DNA from: an uncultured Gammaproteobacteria bacterium
GTDB lineage: Bacteria > Patescibacteriota > Microgenomatia > Curtissbacterales > GWA2-41-24
NCBI GenBank assembly: GCA_964492425.1
Contig: CAZBKB010000003.1
Location: forward strand, 6,682 to 70,681
Direction: 5' to 3'
Length of the DNA: 64,000 nt
Below, in pieces: positions 18,089 to 29,464 of the stretch (its first letter is position 1; each line of letters begins with the position of its first letter). The position numbers and the translations under genes are program-made. The notes under the pieces were generated by a model, which saw nothing but the letters and a program-made list of their open reading frames with translations, was not told where the DNA came from and ran no database searches.

Positions 18089-18655
18089 GTGCAAAGTAAA
18101 CTCCAAATAATAACTAAATCCACAACAACCAAAACAATTTTAGCAACTATTGCCGTATCAGCACTGATTGGCTCCGCCATAATCTTCCCTTCTCTACCAT
18201 ATGCAATCAGCAAATTCACCAAGCTTAATACTAAAAAAGAAAAATACTATCTCAAAAAAGTTTTCAAAAAGCTTGAAAGGCAAAACCTCATATCCATCTC
18301 CGAAACATCGGATGGAAAAGTAAAAATTACATTAACGGAAAACGGTAGGGCAAGAATTCTAGACCATAAAATAGATGCTATAACAATTAAAAAAGCAGAT
18401 AACTGGGATAAAATATGGCGACTAGTAATCTTTGATATTCCAGAAACCAAAAAAGTAAATCGAGATATATTTAGGCAAAAGTTAAAAAACTTAGGTTTCT
18501 ATCCCCTTCAAAAAAGCATCTTTGCGATTCCTTATCATTGCAAAGACGAAATAGACTTTCTAAAACACAACTTCGGCATTGCAGATCACGTTACATACAT
18601 CGAAGCAAAATATATAGACAAGCAAAACCACCTAAGAAACTATTTCCAAATTTAA
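18089..18655 (+). CDS. PaaX-like regulator (wHTH plus PaaX_C/Cas2-like C-terminal domain) with an N-terminal TM
   Basis: WRLVIFDIPETKKVNRDIFRQKLKNLGFYPLQKSIFAIPY matches the PaaX C-terminal motif (W..V.F.iPE..R..R..L..LGFg.L...vw). N-terminal wHTH-like ISISETSDGKVKITLTENGRARIL. Confidence 0.45.
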   Translation: MQSKLQIITKSTTTKTILATIAVSALIGSAIIFPSLPYAISKFTKLNTKKEKYYLKKVFKKLERQNLISISETSDGKVKITLTENGRARILDHKIDAITIKKADNWDKIWRLVIFDIPETKKVNRDIFRQKLKNLGFYPLQKSIFAIPYHCKDEIDFLKHNFGIADHVTYIEAKYIDKQNHLRNYFQI

Positions 18656-18825
18656 CCTAAGCACTTATCCATTATCGCGAACATAAATTAGAACTTTTTT
18701 ATGCGACCGCATATTTTCGTTCCAAATGAAGATCTATAATAAATTACCCTCACATGAACAAATATTCTCCCCACTTTTCACTAGGTTGTAAAATACTCTC
18801 CTAAAATATATACTCAAGCCAAAAT

Positions 18826-19572
18826 ATGTTAGACGTAGCAATTCAAGCAGCAAAAGCCGGTGGACAAGTAGCCTACTCATACTTCAAAAACATCCCAAAA
18901 GTGTCTTACAAGGCCGATCACAGCCCCTTTACCAAAGCAGACATTGAAGCTGAAAAGGCTATGAGAAAAATAATCACCAAGAACTTTCCTGACCACGAGA
19001 TAATAGGAGAAGAATCCGGCTCAAACCGCAAAAAAAACACGTATCACTGGGTAATCGATCCAATAGACGGAACAAGATCGTTTATAAGGGACATTCCTCA
19101 ATGGTGTGTTTTAGTATCAGTAATGAAAGATAACAAGCCTATAATTGGAGTCTCTTATTACCCTAACCAAAATGATTTGTTCACTGCCCAAAAAGGTAAG
19201 GGTACTTTTTTCAATGGTAAAAGAACAAGGGTCTCAAAGATTAAAAATCTCGAAGAAGCATCTATTTCTTACTACAATGTCAAACACTTTGCGCGTCTTA
19301 AAAAAACCCAAAATCTCGTCAAACTGTGTCAAAAATCTTTCTATACGATGAGCTACTCTCCTTTCGGCATAAATTACCTGCTGCAAGGAAAAATCGATGC
19401 GTACATCTGCGCTCATGGTCTGATTTGGGACTTTGCGGCACCATCAATTTTAACTACAGAAGCAGGCGGCAAATTCTCTGACTTCGCAGGGAGAAATTCT
19501 CTGACGTCTGACGTCGCAGTTTTCTCAAACGGTGCCATTCACAATCAAATACTAAAAATACTCAATACTTGA
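18826..19572 (+). CDS. Inositol monophosphatase family protein (SuhB/HisN-like)
   Basis: IGEESG...WVIDPIDGTRSFI metal-binding motifs. Confidence 0.8.
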   Translation: MLDVAIQAAKAGGQVAYSYFKNIPKVSYKADHSPFTKADIEAEKAMRKIITKNFPDHEIIGEESGSNRKKNTYHWVIDPIDGTRSFIRDIPQWCVLVSVMKDNKPIIGVSYYPNQNDLFTAQKGKGTFFNGKRTRVSKIKNLEEASISYYNVKHFARLKKTQNLVKLCQKSFYTMSYSPFGINYLLQGKIDAYICAHGLIWDFAAPSILTTEAGGKFSDFAGRNSLTSDVAVFSNGAIHNQILKILNT

Positions 19573-19623
19573 TAACCCATATCTCATAGCAAACAAGCCG
19601 CCACATTAATCCCCGATCTATCC

Positions 19624-19700
19624 AAAAACACGCCTAAAGCCAGGCTTTAAAGTTAAGAATGCAAAAACACGCCTAAAGCCAGGCTTTAAAGCTAAGAATG
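19624..19700. repeat. Tandem direct repeat (2 x about 39 bp), each copy containing the palindrome AAAGCC-A-GGCTTT. Probable bidirectional terminator between convergent genes.
   Basis: caaaaacacgcctaaagccaggctttaaag(t/c)taagaatg occurs twice in tandem. The same core (caaagccaggctttgaaagctaa) occurs at 244-268. Confidence 0.6.
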
Positions 19701-19753
19701 GCAAGATAGAACAAAATTGAAGCTAAAGTAACTGTCAGTGATTTGTAAGTCCC

Positions 19754-21142
19754 TTAGTGTACTTTCCCCCACTCCAGGTTCACACCCTCAACTTTATACT
19801 TTTCCAGCGCCTCTTCCACCACTTTTTCAATCTCATTAAGTCTAGCCTCAGTACTGGCCTCAGCCCGCAGTGTCAGCTGTGGTTGCGTGTTAGAAGCCCG
19901 AATTACTGCCCAACCATCGTCCCACTCAAGCCTTATCCCATCGATTGTTAAAAATTCATAACCTTTTTCGGAAAAATATCCCTTCAGCTCCTCAACCATT
20001 TCGAATTTTCTATTATCTGGCGCAAATATTCGCGTGGTCGGAGCAGATACATATTTGGGCAACGTTTGAACAAGCTCAGCCAAAGTTTTCTCCTCCAAGC
20101 TCAAGTATTCTAAAAGCCTACACGCCGCATAAATAGCATCGTCAAACCCATACCACCTGTCCTCAAAAAATATATGCCCGGAAGTTTCCCCTGCCAGTTC
20201 CGCACGATCATTTCTCAAAGCCTCCTCTATATAAGAATGACCAACTCGAATCAGCTTAGCCTTACCTCCATGCTTTTCAACATCATCAGTCGCACTCTTG
20301 CTGCACTGAAGCTCAAAAAGAATAAGCCCCCCAAGTTTATCCTCAAGAACCTTTCGCGCACACAAAGCTGTAATCTGGTCTCCCCAAATAATATTTCCTA
20401 AGTTATCGACTACCCCTAGCCTGTCCGCATCGCCGTCAAACAAAAGCCCACAATCGTACTTGCCAGCTTTAACCTTTTCAATCACATATGGATAAGCTTT
20501 CGGGTCCTGAGGATCTGGCGGGTGGTTTGGCTGGGCAAAATCTATGTCACAAAAAAGCTCTTCGACATCTGCTCCGACAGCGCGAATCACCTCCGGCACA
20601 TACGGCCCGCCGGTCGAGTTACCACAATCGACAATTACCCGAATCTTCTTGGCAAGTTTAACTTTCGAGACTATATCAGCCTTATATTCTTCAAATATTT
20701 TCTTATCAGAAACCTGACCCTCCCCAGACTCAAAGTCTTCAGCAATCATCAATCTCATGATCTTTTGGATCTCTTCCCCAAACAGCGCCCCCCCTCCAGA
20801 AGCCGGTTTAAACCCATTAAACTCCGGCGGATTATGCGAAGCGGTAATATTCATTCCACCGTCAATCTTGTAAAACTTCCTGGCCCAGTACATCATGGGC
20901 GAAGTTACCAGGCCTATTTTGACAACATTGATTCCCGTGAACAAAAGTCCCTCGATGCAGGCACTGTAGTATCCTTCTGAACTCTCTCTCGCATCGTAAC
21001 CAATCAATGCTTCCTTCGTCCCTTTTCGCAACAGATATGTCCCGAAAGCCTTGCCTATACACGCGGCAAATTCCTCGCTTAAATCATCGCCGACAATCCC
21101 ACGAATATCATAGTCACGAAATATCGACTCATTAACCTTCAC
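19754..21142 (-). CDS. Phosphomannomutase/phosphoglucomutase (alpha-D-phosphohexomutase family)
   Basis: Active-site TASHNPPEFNGFK. N-terminal DYDIRGIVGDDL. 462 aa. Confidence 0.85.
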   Translation of the reverse strand: MKVNESIFRDYDIRGIVGDDLSEEFAACIGKAFGTYLLRKGTKEALIGYDARESSEGYYSACIEGLLFTGINVVKIGLVTSPMMYWARKFYKIDGGMNITASHNPPEFNGFKPASGGGALFGEEIQKIMRLMIAEDFESGEGQVSDKKIFEEYKADIVSKVKLAKKIRVIVDCGNSTGGPYVPEVIRAVGADVEELFCDIDFAQPNHPPDPQDPKAYPYVIEKVKAGKYDCGLLFDGDADRLGVVDNLGNIIWGDQITALCARKVLEDKLGGLILFELQCSKSATDDVEKHGGKAKLIRVGHSYIEEALRNDRAELAGETSGHIFFEDRWYGFDDAIYAACRLLEYLSLEEKTLAELVQTLPKYVSAPTTRIFAPDNRKFEMVEELKGYFSEKGYEFLTIDGIRLEWDDGWAVIRASNTQPQLTLRAEASTEARLNEIEKVVEEALEKYKVEGVNLEWGKVH

Positions 21143-21176
21143 AGCTTAGTTTAAAGTAAGTTCCTAAAGTTTAACA

Positions 21177-22055
21177 TCATTTTGGTATCTCCTGCCTCAG
21201 CGTTTCCGCCGCATCTACCGGGTCAACAATATTCACCTGTATTCCCGTTCCAAGCTCAAATCCCGCCCTATGAACCAGCCTTGGAATAATCCTGAGATAC
21301 CAGTCTTTCCCATGATGAATATAGAAGTTATATGCCGGGCCATCCTTAAACGGGATCATGGGCATTCCCGGATGGACATGTTTTCCACCCACAAGATGAT
21401 AAAGCAGTCTATTCAAAGTATCCTTAAGAATAAAGGCCAGCTCATGTATCTCGTAATCTGTTATTTCACCAAAAAACTTACCCTTGCTTTTTGGCGCAAT
21501 CCAGACTTCAAACGGCCACTGCGAAAAATCCGGGCAAAAAACGGTAAAATACTTATTATCCCCAACCACATTCACAATAGGCTCAAGTTCTAGAGTATCA
21601 ATATTAATCTGCTTAGGCACTACAACCAGCTGGGAATGAGGATGACGTATAGAAGCCCCGGCTGCCTCTCCAACGTTGTTAAAAATAATCACATGCCCTC
21701 GAGTTGAGTTTGTCACAAAACGATGCCGATAAGCGGCAATAATAAGCTCTATCTGGGGCACAGGTAAGGTGTCAATGTCATCTTTATCATCCACAGAATG
21801 AATAATTACCTCGTGATAGTCCGTAATAGGGTATTTGTTCTTAATTACCCTAACCTTCCAGCCCCTTTCGTATGGTTTGCCTTCACCTATCCTATAAATC
21901 TCCTCACCAGGAATACGCTCAAAACCAGGGCAAAAGACACAAATCTTGTTAATGTTTGCTGCCTCGGCAAGTTTGGTGTCTGTCGGCCTTTTTGTACGGC
22001 CTTCAGCCACAATTACCCATCTGTCGGTAGTTATATCCGGAACATACTTAGCCAT
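21177..22055 (-). CDS. galT: Galactose-1-phosphate uridylyltransferase-like (GalT/HIT superfamily)
   Basis: Zinc motif CVFCPGFE and the HPH..Q active site (IRHPHSQLVVVP). Confidence 0.7.
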   Translation of the reverse strand: MAKYVPDITTDRWVIVAEGRTKRPTDTKLAEAANINKICVFCPGFERIPGEEIYRIGEGKPYERGWKVRVIKNKYPITDYHEVIIHSVDDKDDIDTLPVPQIELIIAAYRHRFVTNSTRGHVIIFNNVGEAAGASIRHPHSQLVVVPKQINIDTLELEPIVNVVGDNKYFTVFCPDFSQWPFEVWIAPKSKGKFFGEITDYEIHELAFILKDTLNRLLYHLVGGKHVHPGMPMIPFKDGPAYNFYIHHGKDWYLRIIPRLVHRAGFELGTGIQVNIVDPVDAAETLRQEIPK

Positions 22056-22062
22056 AAAATTG

Positions 22063-22094
22063 GTTTATAGTTTATAGTTTATAGTTTATAGTTG
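22063..22094. repeat. Tandem octamer GTTTATAG x4 immediately upstream of the galT start
   Basis: ggtttatagtttatagtttatagtttatagttgac, directly 5' of the galT start codon on the minus strand. Confidence 0.6.
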
Positions 22095-22222
22095 ACATAA
22101 GCAATAATCTCAGAATTCAAAGATTAAAAACTATGAGACTTTCCATAAAAGATCAGTAAGTCAATCTAAAATACAATATCGAACACAACTTTTAACCTAT
22201 TAGAAATCAACATAATCATATC

Positions 22223-22263
22223 TGAAAATTTAAAATTGAAAATTTAAAATTGAAAATTTAAAG
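22223..22263. repeat. Tandem 14-mer TGAAAATTTAAAAT x about 3 in the tagA-galT intergenic region
   Basis: tgaaaatttaaaattgaaaatttaaaattgaaaatttaaag. Confidence 0.6.
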
Positions 22264-22301
22264 AATGCTATAAGTCAGCATTTTTAAGACTATAGTAAGA
22301 A

Positions 22302-23096
22302 CTAGAAGACAATTCTATAATTTTTGTAAATTTTTGTCGGAAAACTTTTTTTGTAAAATTTGCCAAAAAACCAAAATTGAAAAACCGGCAAAACCCTCAT
22401 CCGCCAAATTCTCACCGGGTCAAGTATTAGTCGCCATAACCATTCAAGTCCCATTTTCTGCAAAAACACCGGCGCTCTCTTTTTTTTCCCGGCAATATAA
22501 TCAAAGGCTCCACCGACACCGATATATAGGCCTACATCCAATTTATCCCTCATTTTTTCAATCCAAAACTCTTGTTTTCCCATCCCAAATGCAACAAACA
22601 GGACATCTATCCTCCCAATCGCCTCTAACTCAGACTTTAGCTTCAAGTTTCGACCTATAGTTGATTCTCCAGGCTTTGCGTACACAACATTCATGCGTGA
22701 GTACTTTACAAGCTGGCGCTTTGCGACCAAAGCTGCCACATCACCAAAACCGCCCATATAGCCTATTCTAATAGGCTTATCATTTGCTATTTTACTAACC
22801 ATTTCTACTAATTCCACACCTGTAATCCTGTCTTGAGAACTACCCCCGCAAATTAGCTTCGATTTAGCTACCCACCAACCATCAGCAACAGAAACGTCGG
22901 AATTTGCCAATATTTGGGCAAATTTACGATTCCTATGGGCCATCATTATAAACTCGCTGTTTATAGTAACTAAATAATGACCGCATCCGGCTGCTTTTGC
23001 CAATCTCAATATCTCACGCTCCACTTCTCTTTTACCAAGATCATCTACACCAACTCCGAATACGTTAATACGACTAAAATTACTCCTTTTTTCCAT
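22302..23096 (-). CDS. WecB/TagA/CpsF family glycosyltransferase (GT26)
   Basis: C-terminal GLEWLWRL motif and overall GT26 pattern. 264 aa. Confidence 0.75.
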   Translation of the reverse strand: MEKRSNFSRINVFGVGVDDLGKREVEREILRLAKAAGCGHYLVTINSEFIMMAHRNRKFAQILANSDVSVADGWWVAKSKLICGGSSQDRITGVELVEMVSKIANDKPIRIGYMGGFGDVAALVAKRQLVKYSRMNVVYAKPGESTIGRNLKLKSELEAIGRIDVLFVAFGMGKQEFWIEKMRDKLDVGLYIGVGGAFDYIAGKKKRAPVFLQKMGLEWLWRLILDPVRIWRMRVLPVFQFWFFGKFYKKSFPTKIYKNYRIVF

Positions 23097-23847
23097 GATG
23101 TCTTGACTGTTCTTGTTAAACTAAAGCCTTTAAAATCGTTTTTATCGCCTCGCAATATTCAAGGCCAAAAACAAAATTATGTACACTTTAATTCTAACTC
23201 ATATAAAGCCCCATGCCTAGTAATGCAATTATTGAACCTGATACATAAGATACTTGATATATAAATATAACTATATTATATAGAAATATATAATATGATA
23301 TAAGAAACACAAAAGTTGGTGGTCATTCCATATTTTGCCAAGATGCCAGCCTCATAAATTTCCTCAGGCATGAAAACATATTACATCCTCAAAAAACATT
23401 ACGCGATTTAAGCAAAATCACGAATCTTTTGCCTTCCAGCCTGAATAAATTATTTGTGATTAACACCGGGTTATAAAAAATAGAGAAATTCAGGCAAAAT
23501 AAAAAAATATAATCGCCTCCCAAAACTTTCCCATTTTCTTCTCTTTTCTCCAAAAAAAACGCAAAACAATCACAAAAATTCACTGCTCACCAAAAAATCA
23601 ATTATTAAATTGCATTATCCTACCCCAACAACCTAAACATAAAGATTAACCGGCCTGGCATTTAACCGTCCCAATTGCTACAAAAAATTTAGCTTTGCAA
23701 AAATGTTCACAGTAAAAAATACTTAAGAAAACAGTAGATTTCACCAAAAAATTACCAGCAAAACCAATAAAATTTTCGGCAACCACGAAACTTTACTTTT
23801 GATAACCTATATAGACACAAAGTGGATCAGACAAATACAATATTTAT

Positions 23848-24876
23848 TTATCTTCTCTGCAGAATTTTTCGCCAATTATCAATGTTTTCCAAAGCAACCC
23901 CGGTACCATACACCACACACTGAACAGGATCTTCTGCAAGATGCACACTCACACCTATCTGGTTGCTGACATACTTATCCAAACCTTTAAGCTGTGAAGT
24001 GCCCCCGCAGAGCACAATCCCCCTGTCGATAATATCCGAGGCCAGCTCCGGTGGAGTTTGTTCAAGAACTGCCTTTATACAGGCAATAATGGCCCCTAGA
24101 ACCGGATTTATTGCTTCTGTCACCTCTAAAGAATCGACCGTGACTGTCTTGGGCATGCCGGAAATTGCATCCCTCCCTTTTACCGCCATTGTCCTCTTTG
24201 AGGTTGAAGCAATTGCAGAACCTATAGCCAGCTTTACTTCCTCTGCCATCCTATCCCCGATAATCAGATTATGTATCCTTCGGATATAAGCAACAACAGC
24301 CTCGTTTAATTTATCCCCTCCTGCACGTGTTGAACCTGCCGCTACTATTCCGCCCAAAGAAACGACAGCCGCACCCACCTGTCCGCCTCCAATATCAACA
24401 ATCATAGATCCGTATGCAGCGTCAATCTGAACCTTGGCACCAATTGCAGCCGCAAGCGGAGCTTCAATCAAATAAGCAGTCTTAGCCCCGGCAGAAAGTG
24501 TAGCTTCTAAAACAGCCCGCCTTTCTACTTGTGTAATACCATACGGTACGCAAACCATAACCTCCGGTTTGGCAAAACGCGAATAGGCAAGCACCCTGTC
24601 CATAAAATATTTGAGCATGGCCTCACACACCAGATAGTCAGCCACGACACCGTCGCGCAGAGGCCTCTGGGCAATTAGATCGCTGCCGGTTTTCCCGAGC
24701 ATTTCATGGGCACGTGTCCCCACAGCCACTACCTTACCGCTTAGGGAATCGACAGCCACGACAGAGGGTTCCGAAACAACAATGCCCTCCCCACAAGACC
24801 AGACAGAAGAATTAGAAGTACCTAAATCAATACCTAAACGTTTAGAAGAAAATAAAGGAAAACGCATCGGTGGCAT
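23848..24876 (-). CDS. mreB: Rod shape-determining protein MreB
   Basis: Actin-fold motifs GIDLGTSNS and DIGGGQ (..MIVDIGGGQVGAAV..). 342 aa. Confidence 0.85.
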   Translation of the reverse strand: MPPMRFPLFSSKRLGIDLGTSNSSVWSCGEGIVVSEPSVVAVDSLSGKVVAVGTRAHEMLGKTGSDLIAQRPLRDGVVADYLVCEAMLKYFMDRVLAYSRFAKPEVMVCVPYGITQVERRAVLEATLSAGAKTAYLIEAPLAAAIGAKVQIDAAYGSMIVDIGGGQVGAAVVSLGGIVAAGSTRAGGDKLNEAVVAYIRRIHNLIIGDRMAEEVKLAIGSAIASTSKRTMAVKGRDAISGMPKTVTVDSLEVTEAINPVLGAIIACIKAVLEQTPPELASDIIDRGIVLCGGTSQLKGLDKYVSNQIGVSVHLAEDPVQCVVYGTGVALENIDNWRKILQRR

Positions 24877-25037
24877 TGTAAAACCCCGGCACCTAAAGCC
24901 GTCAAGGGGTAGGTATAAATTTATAGACGCAAATAGGCACTAAAGATATCAAACACGAATTGATAATTTTCAATTCGAAATTCGAAATGAAAATTTAAAA
25001 TTATAAATTAAAAATTTACCAGTTGCCTCCGGCCCCC

Positions 25038-28000
25038 CTACGGCGAGGCCTCTTGCCAGCCAACCGAAGAACTGGCCAGAAGCGTGTTCAAAAGGATTAT
25101 ATATTTGGGATCAAATTTGAAAACATCCGAAGGATATAGTGTATTTACAACTGGATCACTGTAATATCTCAGCAAATTAGCCTTCGTTCCTTCTTCGCCA
25201 TCAACATATAAACTGCCATTTACAGTTAATGCATTTGCAGCTGAGTTAAATATGTGATTTTCTCCTCCAAATTCGACATCCGTATCGGCAAATCCTTTTC
25301 TTGCAACATATATGCCATCAAGCCTATTTACCATTCCAGCAGTGTACAACCTGTTAACAGTAATATTGCCCCCAACCACAAAAACAGCCGCATTATCCCC
25401 GGAAGTTACGGTAACGTTGGACCTAACCCTTAAATTACCATCGACAAAAAACACCGCTTTGCCGCCTATTGTCACACCCCCGTCCACAACTTCGGCATCC
25501 CCACCGCAATAATACAGCCCGTTGTACGTGTTGTTACTAATAGTGCAAGCCGTCAACCCGCCGGCAATTGCTTTACTTCTGAACCTGGAAGCAAAGTAAT
25601 TGTATACCCCGCCGCCGGGAACCAGGGGCTTGATGTAATTTGTAAACCTAATCCCTCCTCCAGGATAACAAAAACCAACAGTTGGGAAGCCGCCAAACGA
25701 TGAATAACCCGAACCACCGTTGGTAACCGTTACCGAACTGATTGCACCCCCCGAAACCGTAGCTTCCGCCGTAGCACCGCTTCCGGAACCTCCGTATAAC
25801 AAAACTGTTGTGCCGTTTGAATAACCGGCGCCTCCACTCGTGACATTAACGGCCGTAACCGCACCAGAACTGATAGTGACCGTAGCAACCGCAGCAGTCA
25901 CAATGGCCTTGCCTTTAATTTTTGCACCTATGCTACCTCCTGCAATCACATAATCCGATTGGTACTTCCCAAAGCATGACCTATCCACATCCGCAGAAAT
26001 AATTCCCGCAGCCCCTACATCCCCACCCTGCGTTTCAAAAAATTTCGGGACACCCACGCTATATAGAAATCTGGGCCCACCGCTAAAACGCGAATTATTG
26101 TTTACCCAATTGTACTCGCTTAGACCCCCACCTACCATACAGGTTGGCATCACATACGCAACTCCTTCAAAAGTACCCGGTGTGGACCCAACAATAAATG
26201 TTACAGTCTTGGTAACTGACCCGCCCAATGGGATCGAAGAAGTAATAGGATAACCGCGTTGGTTACCCGCTCCGTCTAGCGGGGCAGGATAAAAATCAGC
26301 GGTCCCCGGGGGGCTTGGACAAGTTGGCACACCTGAGTTTTGGTAGTAAAAAAAGAGGTCGGTACCATTCGTAGTAAGTTGTGAACTTTTTATATTTTCA
26401 ACTTTGAAATCCACATCAACACTTTCTCCGGCGACAAACGCAGTTGTATGCTCCTGGGTCGCACTCTTCCTGGAACTTCCCGCAACCATGCTAACCTTCA
26501 AATCGTAACCTTCTTTACAAATAGGTATCCAAAAGGGCAAACCGCTATAGTTAAGCGTTGAGCTGGCAGTACCATCCGGGTACACATAACTGCTTTGACC
26601 GGCTGCCCCCATCGCTTTAACCCTCCAGTAATATCTGGTCTCTTCAATAGGCACACGCTCACTTCCCGCCGGAGTAACACCCGGGTTTGCGTTGGCCCAG
26701 CCAAGAGGGCTGGCCGCACTCCAGGTAAATGTGACAGTACCCCCGGACCCCGGGTTCGCCGGCAAAGATTTCACTCCCCACATGTTCGAAGGATTTGTGG
26801 TGGCAGGGCCGGTAAACGGCTCCCTGGAAACTTCCAGGGTATAACCGGTTTCACTGCTGGAATTATCCATAAACTTTAAATCTATCGATGGTAAATACTG
26901 AGAATTACAACCTACACGGTAAGCGGGCAAGACTGGTGGAGTCGCCTCCGCCAGCAAATTATTCGGCGCATTCGGCACAGGACCGCAAGTCACATCCACA
27001 ATTGTAATAGTGTTTGAATCAATGTCACTAGTGGATGTCAGAATTTTCCAAGTATGCGTGCCAGTGCCATCTAGGCTTGGATTATAATCGTTGCCTTGGG
27101 TAGAAACTATGAAATATGCATTACTTGTGTAAGAATAATCGGCGGAAAACTGATAGTCACTAAACCCATCATATCGAACGGTATAAACATAATTCCCGCC
27201 GTTCCAGTACAAAAATCGCTTTGATACTCCCTCGTCACAATAACTGAAGCCGTGAAGATCAGTCGGATCAGCGGGATCTTCTAAATGATAAGTACACTTG
27301 TAAATACCTTCAGACTCTTCAGCCACAGATGGATACCAAACATTGTTGGTCATCCGCGTATTTATTCGCCAATAGTAATGGGTTGTGGCAGTAAAGCTAA
27401 CGTTTGTTCCCTGGTAAATCCCGTCGGCACCGTTTTGGCCCTCAAGCACCATGCCAGTAGTGATATTCGTATCCGGCGGAAACGCAGGGTTAGTCGAATA
27501 TTCAAGCTTTTCCTCTTGGATCAAACTATTCGGAGTCGCTCTGCTCCATCGAAATTGCATATTATTTGGGACAGCATTATACCCTCCCCACGCGCAGAAC
27601 GTTAAATCAAGCGCTGACGCGGGCACATTTGCCGGGCATGAACTGGGCGTTGTAAAAGTATTGGTGGTCGAATAATTCACCTCGCCGGTTCCCATTTGAA
27701 AAGCCTGAACGCGCCACCAGTACTGTGTACCGGCGGCAAACGCGTCGACATTCATATACGTATTGGTAAGAGGACTTGGAGTAAAAATTACACCCGGCCA
27801 CGGCCCGGATGCACTTGTAGAATTTGTTTCCACACGATACTCAGAAATTCCGGGCGCAGCCGGATTCCAGGAAAATTCTACTCTAAACGCCAGCGGTGAA
27901 GGGCTAATGCAATTAATATTGGCACCAGGGCTTGAGGGCGGTGTAAAAGTTCCCGGACAGGTAAATTGCCCGTCGGCAAACACTGAATTATTGTCCGGCG

Positions 28001-28625
28001 AATTCGTAAATGCCTTGACCCGCAAGGTCCAGGTGCCATTGGCCAGTGAATTTAAAGCATTCGGCAAACTGGTATTTGGCAAACTATAACTATTGGTGCC
28101 CGAAACATAATTAACCGTTAGTGGACTGCCATCGCTGTCCGGAGTCCCGCTAAGCGACTTATAAACCTTAAAGTAAGCAATGTTGGCACCACCGTAGCCG
28201 GAGGTCACATTCCAGTATATTTGCCCGTTACTATTATTACAATTGGTTGAAGTTACTGTTATTGTGCTATTCGGCGTCGTACAGTGTACATTCTGCTCAG
28301 CAAATGTGTAGGCGCCTCCTGTGCCCCCGGTCGAGGACGAACCCAAATTACAGGCTGTAAACCAGGTGACAAATGGAAAATCCCCTGAAGTAATTGATTG
28401 CGGAGTCAGGTATTGCCTGGCACCAGCTGCAACTACTTGCGAAGAAATAGTACCTGCTGAGCCGCCGCTTTCGTTTTTAACACTAAAGCTTACGGTTACC
28501 GCAGTGCTCCCTGCCCTGTTGTCTAACCATCCCTCAATTGTCGCCGCAAAAGTATCGGCTGCAAAAACACTCTTTATGGCAAATATCAGAAAAAATACAG
28601 TCGCCAGTTTAAAAAAAGTTCTCAT
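25038..28625 (-). CDS. Giant secreted surface protein (1195 aa), paralog of 29443..32400
   Basis: Signal peptide [26 protein letters not shown]-rich Ig/FN3-like modules. A GGxGY repeat insertion. C-terminal roughly 300 aa homologous to the C-terminus of the next large ORF (..[61 protein letters not shown]). Confidence 0.6.
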   Translation of the reverse strand: MRTFFKLATVFFLIFAIKSVFAADTFAATIEGWLDNRAGSTAVTVSFSVKNESGGSAGTISSQVVAAGARQYLTPQSITSGDFPFVTWFTACNLGSSSTGGTGGAYTFAEQNVHCTTPNSTITVTSTNCNNSNGQIYWNVTSGYGGANIAYFKVYKSLSGTPDSDGSPLTVNYVSGTNSYSLPNTSLPNALNSLANGTWTLRVKAFTNSPDNNSVFADGQFTCPGTFTPPSSPGANINCISPSPLAFRVEFSWNPAAPGISEYRVETNSTSASGPWPGVIFTPSPLTNTYMNVDAFAAGTQYWWRVQAFQMGTGEVNYSTTNTFTTPSSCPANVPASALDLTFCAWGGYNAVPNNMQFRWSRATPNSLIQEEKLEYSTNPAFPPDTNITTGMVLEGQNGADGIYQGTNVSFTATTHYYWRINTRMTNNVWYPSVAEESEGIYKCTYHLEDPADPTDLHGFSYCDEGVSKRFLYWNGGNYVYTVRYDGFSDYQFSADYSYTSNAYFIVSTQGNDYNPSLDGTGTHTWKILTSTSDIDSNTITIVDVTCGPVPNAPNNLLAEATPPVLPAYRVGCNSQYLPSIDLKFMDNSSSETGYTLEVSREPFTGPATTNPSNMWGVKSLPANPGSGGTVTFTWSAASPLGWANANPGVTPAGSERVPIEETRYYWRVKAMGAAGQSSYVYPDGTASSTLNYSGLPFWIPICKEGYDLKVSMVAGSSRKSATQEHTTAFVAGESVDVDFKVENIKSSQLTTNGTDLFFYYQNSGVPTCPSPPGTADFYPAPLDGAGNQRGYPITSSIPLGGSVTKTVTFIVGSTPGTFEGVAYVMPTCMVGGGLSEYNWVNNNSRFSGGPRFLYSVGVPKFFETQGGDVGAAGIISADVDRSCFGKYQSDYVIAGGSIGAKIKGKAIVTAAVATVTISSGAVTAVNVTSGGAGYSNGTTVLLYGGSGSGATAEATVSGGAISSVTVTNGGSGYSSFGGFPTVGFCYPGGGIRFTNYIKPLVPGGGVYNYFASRFRSKAIAGGLTACTISNNTYNGLYYCGGDAEVVDGGVTIGGKAVFFVDGNLRVRSNVTVTSGDNAAVFVVGGNITVNRLYTAGMVNRLDGIYVARKGFADTDVEFGGENHIFNSAANALTVNGSLYVDGEEGTKANLLRYYSDPVVNTLYPSDVFKFDPKYIILLNTLLASSSVGWQEASP

Positions 28626-28630
28626 ATTAC

Positions 28631-29464
28631 TTACTCCAAAAGTATTTGCTCGGGAATCTTAGCCCCCAAAGTCGCCAGCAGTTGCTTCAGCTTTAAATAA
28701 TTGCTTTTTATGCCTTCGTCTTGTGTCCTTTCGTATTCGGAATAAAGAGACGACAAAACGTTCATATAGTTGTTTGTCTGGGTTGTCTTGTCCCCCGTCA
28801 CCGCCGCCGCGTCAAAATTGCGCCCAATCGCACCGCGAACCTCATCGTCAACTGCCGTGTTGCCTTCCAGATCTTTTATAATTTCCTCTACCTCCGGCGG
28901 ATATTTAGCCTCGCCGCAAAGTCTATCAATACAGGGAAAATCGTAAAAACCCTTGTCTTTTTCGTATTGAGCCGGATAGTTCTTCTTCATATAATCCTTA
29001 TACTCATCCAGCTGGACCCGGTAATCATAAGAGCTTGTAGAAAGATAAAAACCGCGCAAAAACTCAAAATCGTCCGTCAATAATTTATATCTAATGTCCG
29101 CATCTTTCTCTTCGGAAGCCCTTTGGAAATTTTCCAAAAACTTTTCTTTTAAAAAGTCGCTTGGGAATTTAACATCGTTAACATTCAGAGGATATTCAAA
29201 AGTCTGCTCCTGCCCTTTCGTGTCTTTCGACCGGTTCCTGGCTGATAATGTTGAGTAAACAACCCAGAAACTCACCAAAACCACTACCAGAAGGCATAAC
29301 AGCAGTATCAGCCGGTAATGGTTCGACCCTGGCCAGATTCTAATTCTTTTTGGCTTGAGAACTACCCTGATTCCCCGATCCCAGCTGGGCTTGTCCAATA
29401 ACTCGGCTTCCTTGGCATCTGCAACAAAGGGCAGTTTAGGCACTACGGTTCTACCTCCCTCCAA
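28631..29464 (-). CDS. Hypothetical membrane-anchored protein, co-transcribed with the giant surface protein genes
   Basis: [21 protein letters not shown]. Overlaps the upstream gene by 22 nt and ends 5 nt before the downstream gene. Confidence 0.4.
   Translation of the reverse strand: MEGGRTVVPKLPFVADAKEAELLDKPSWDRGIRVVLKPKRIRIWPGSNHYRLILLLCLLVVVLVSFWVVYSTLSARNRSKDTKGQEQTFEYPLNVNDVKFPSDFLKEKFLENFQRASEEKDADIRYKLLTDDFEFLRGFYLSTSSYDYRVQLDEYKDYMKKNYPAQYEKDKGFYDFPCIDRLCGEAKYPPEVEEIIKDLEGNTAVDDEVRGAIGRNFDAAAVTGDKTTQTNNYMNVLSSLYSEYERTQDEGIKSNYLKLKQLLATLGAKIPEQILLE

Noticed and set aside
18089-18655. Possible Cas2 because of the ..VIFDIPE..R..LR..L...G...Q.SIF... motif
   Set aside because: No Cas1, no CRISPR array anywhere in the window. 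The motif plus the N-terminal wHTH fit PaaX-like proteins better.
22063-22263. Tandem repeats considered as a CRISPR array
   Set aside because: Units are 8 and 14 bp with no unique spacers. CRISPR repeats are about 24-48 bp separated by spacers.
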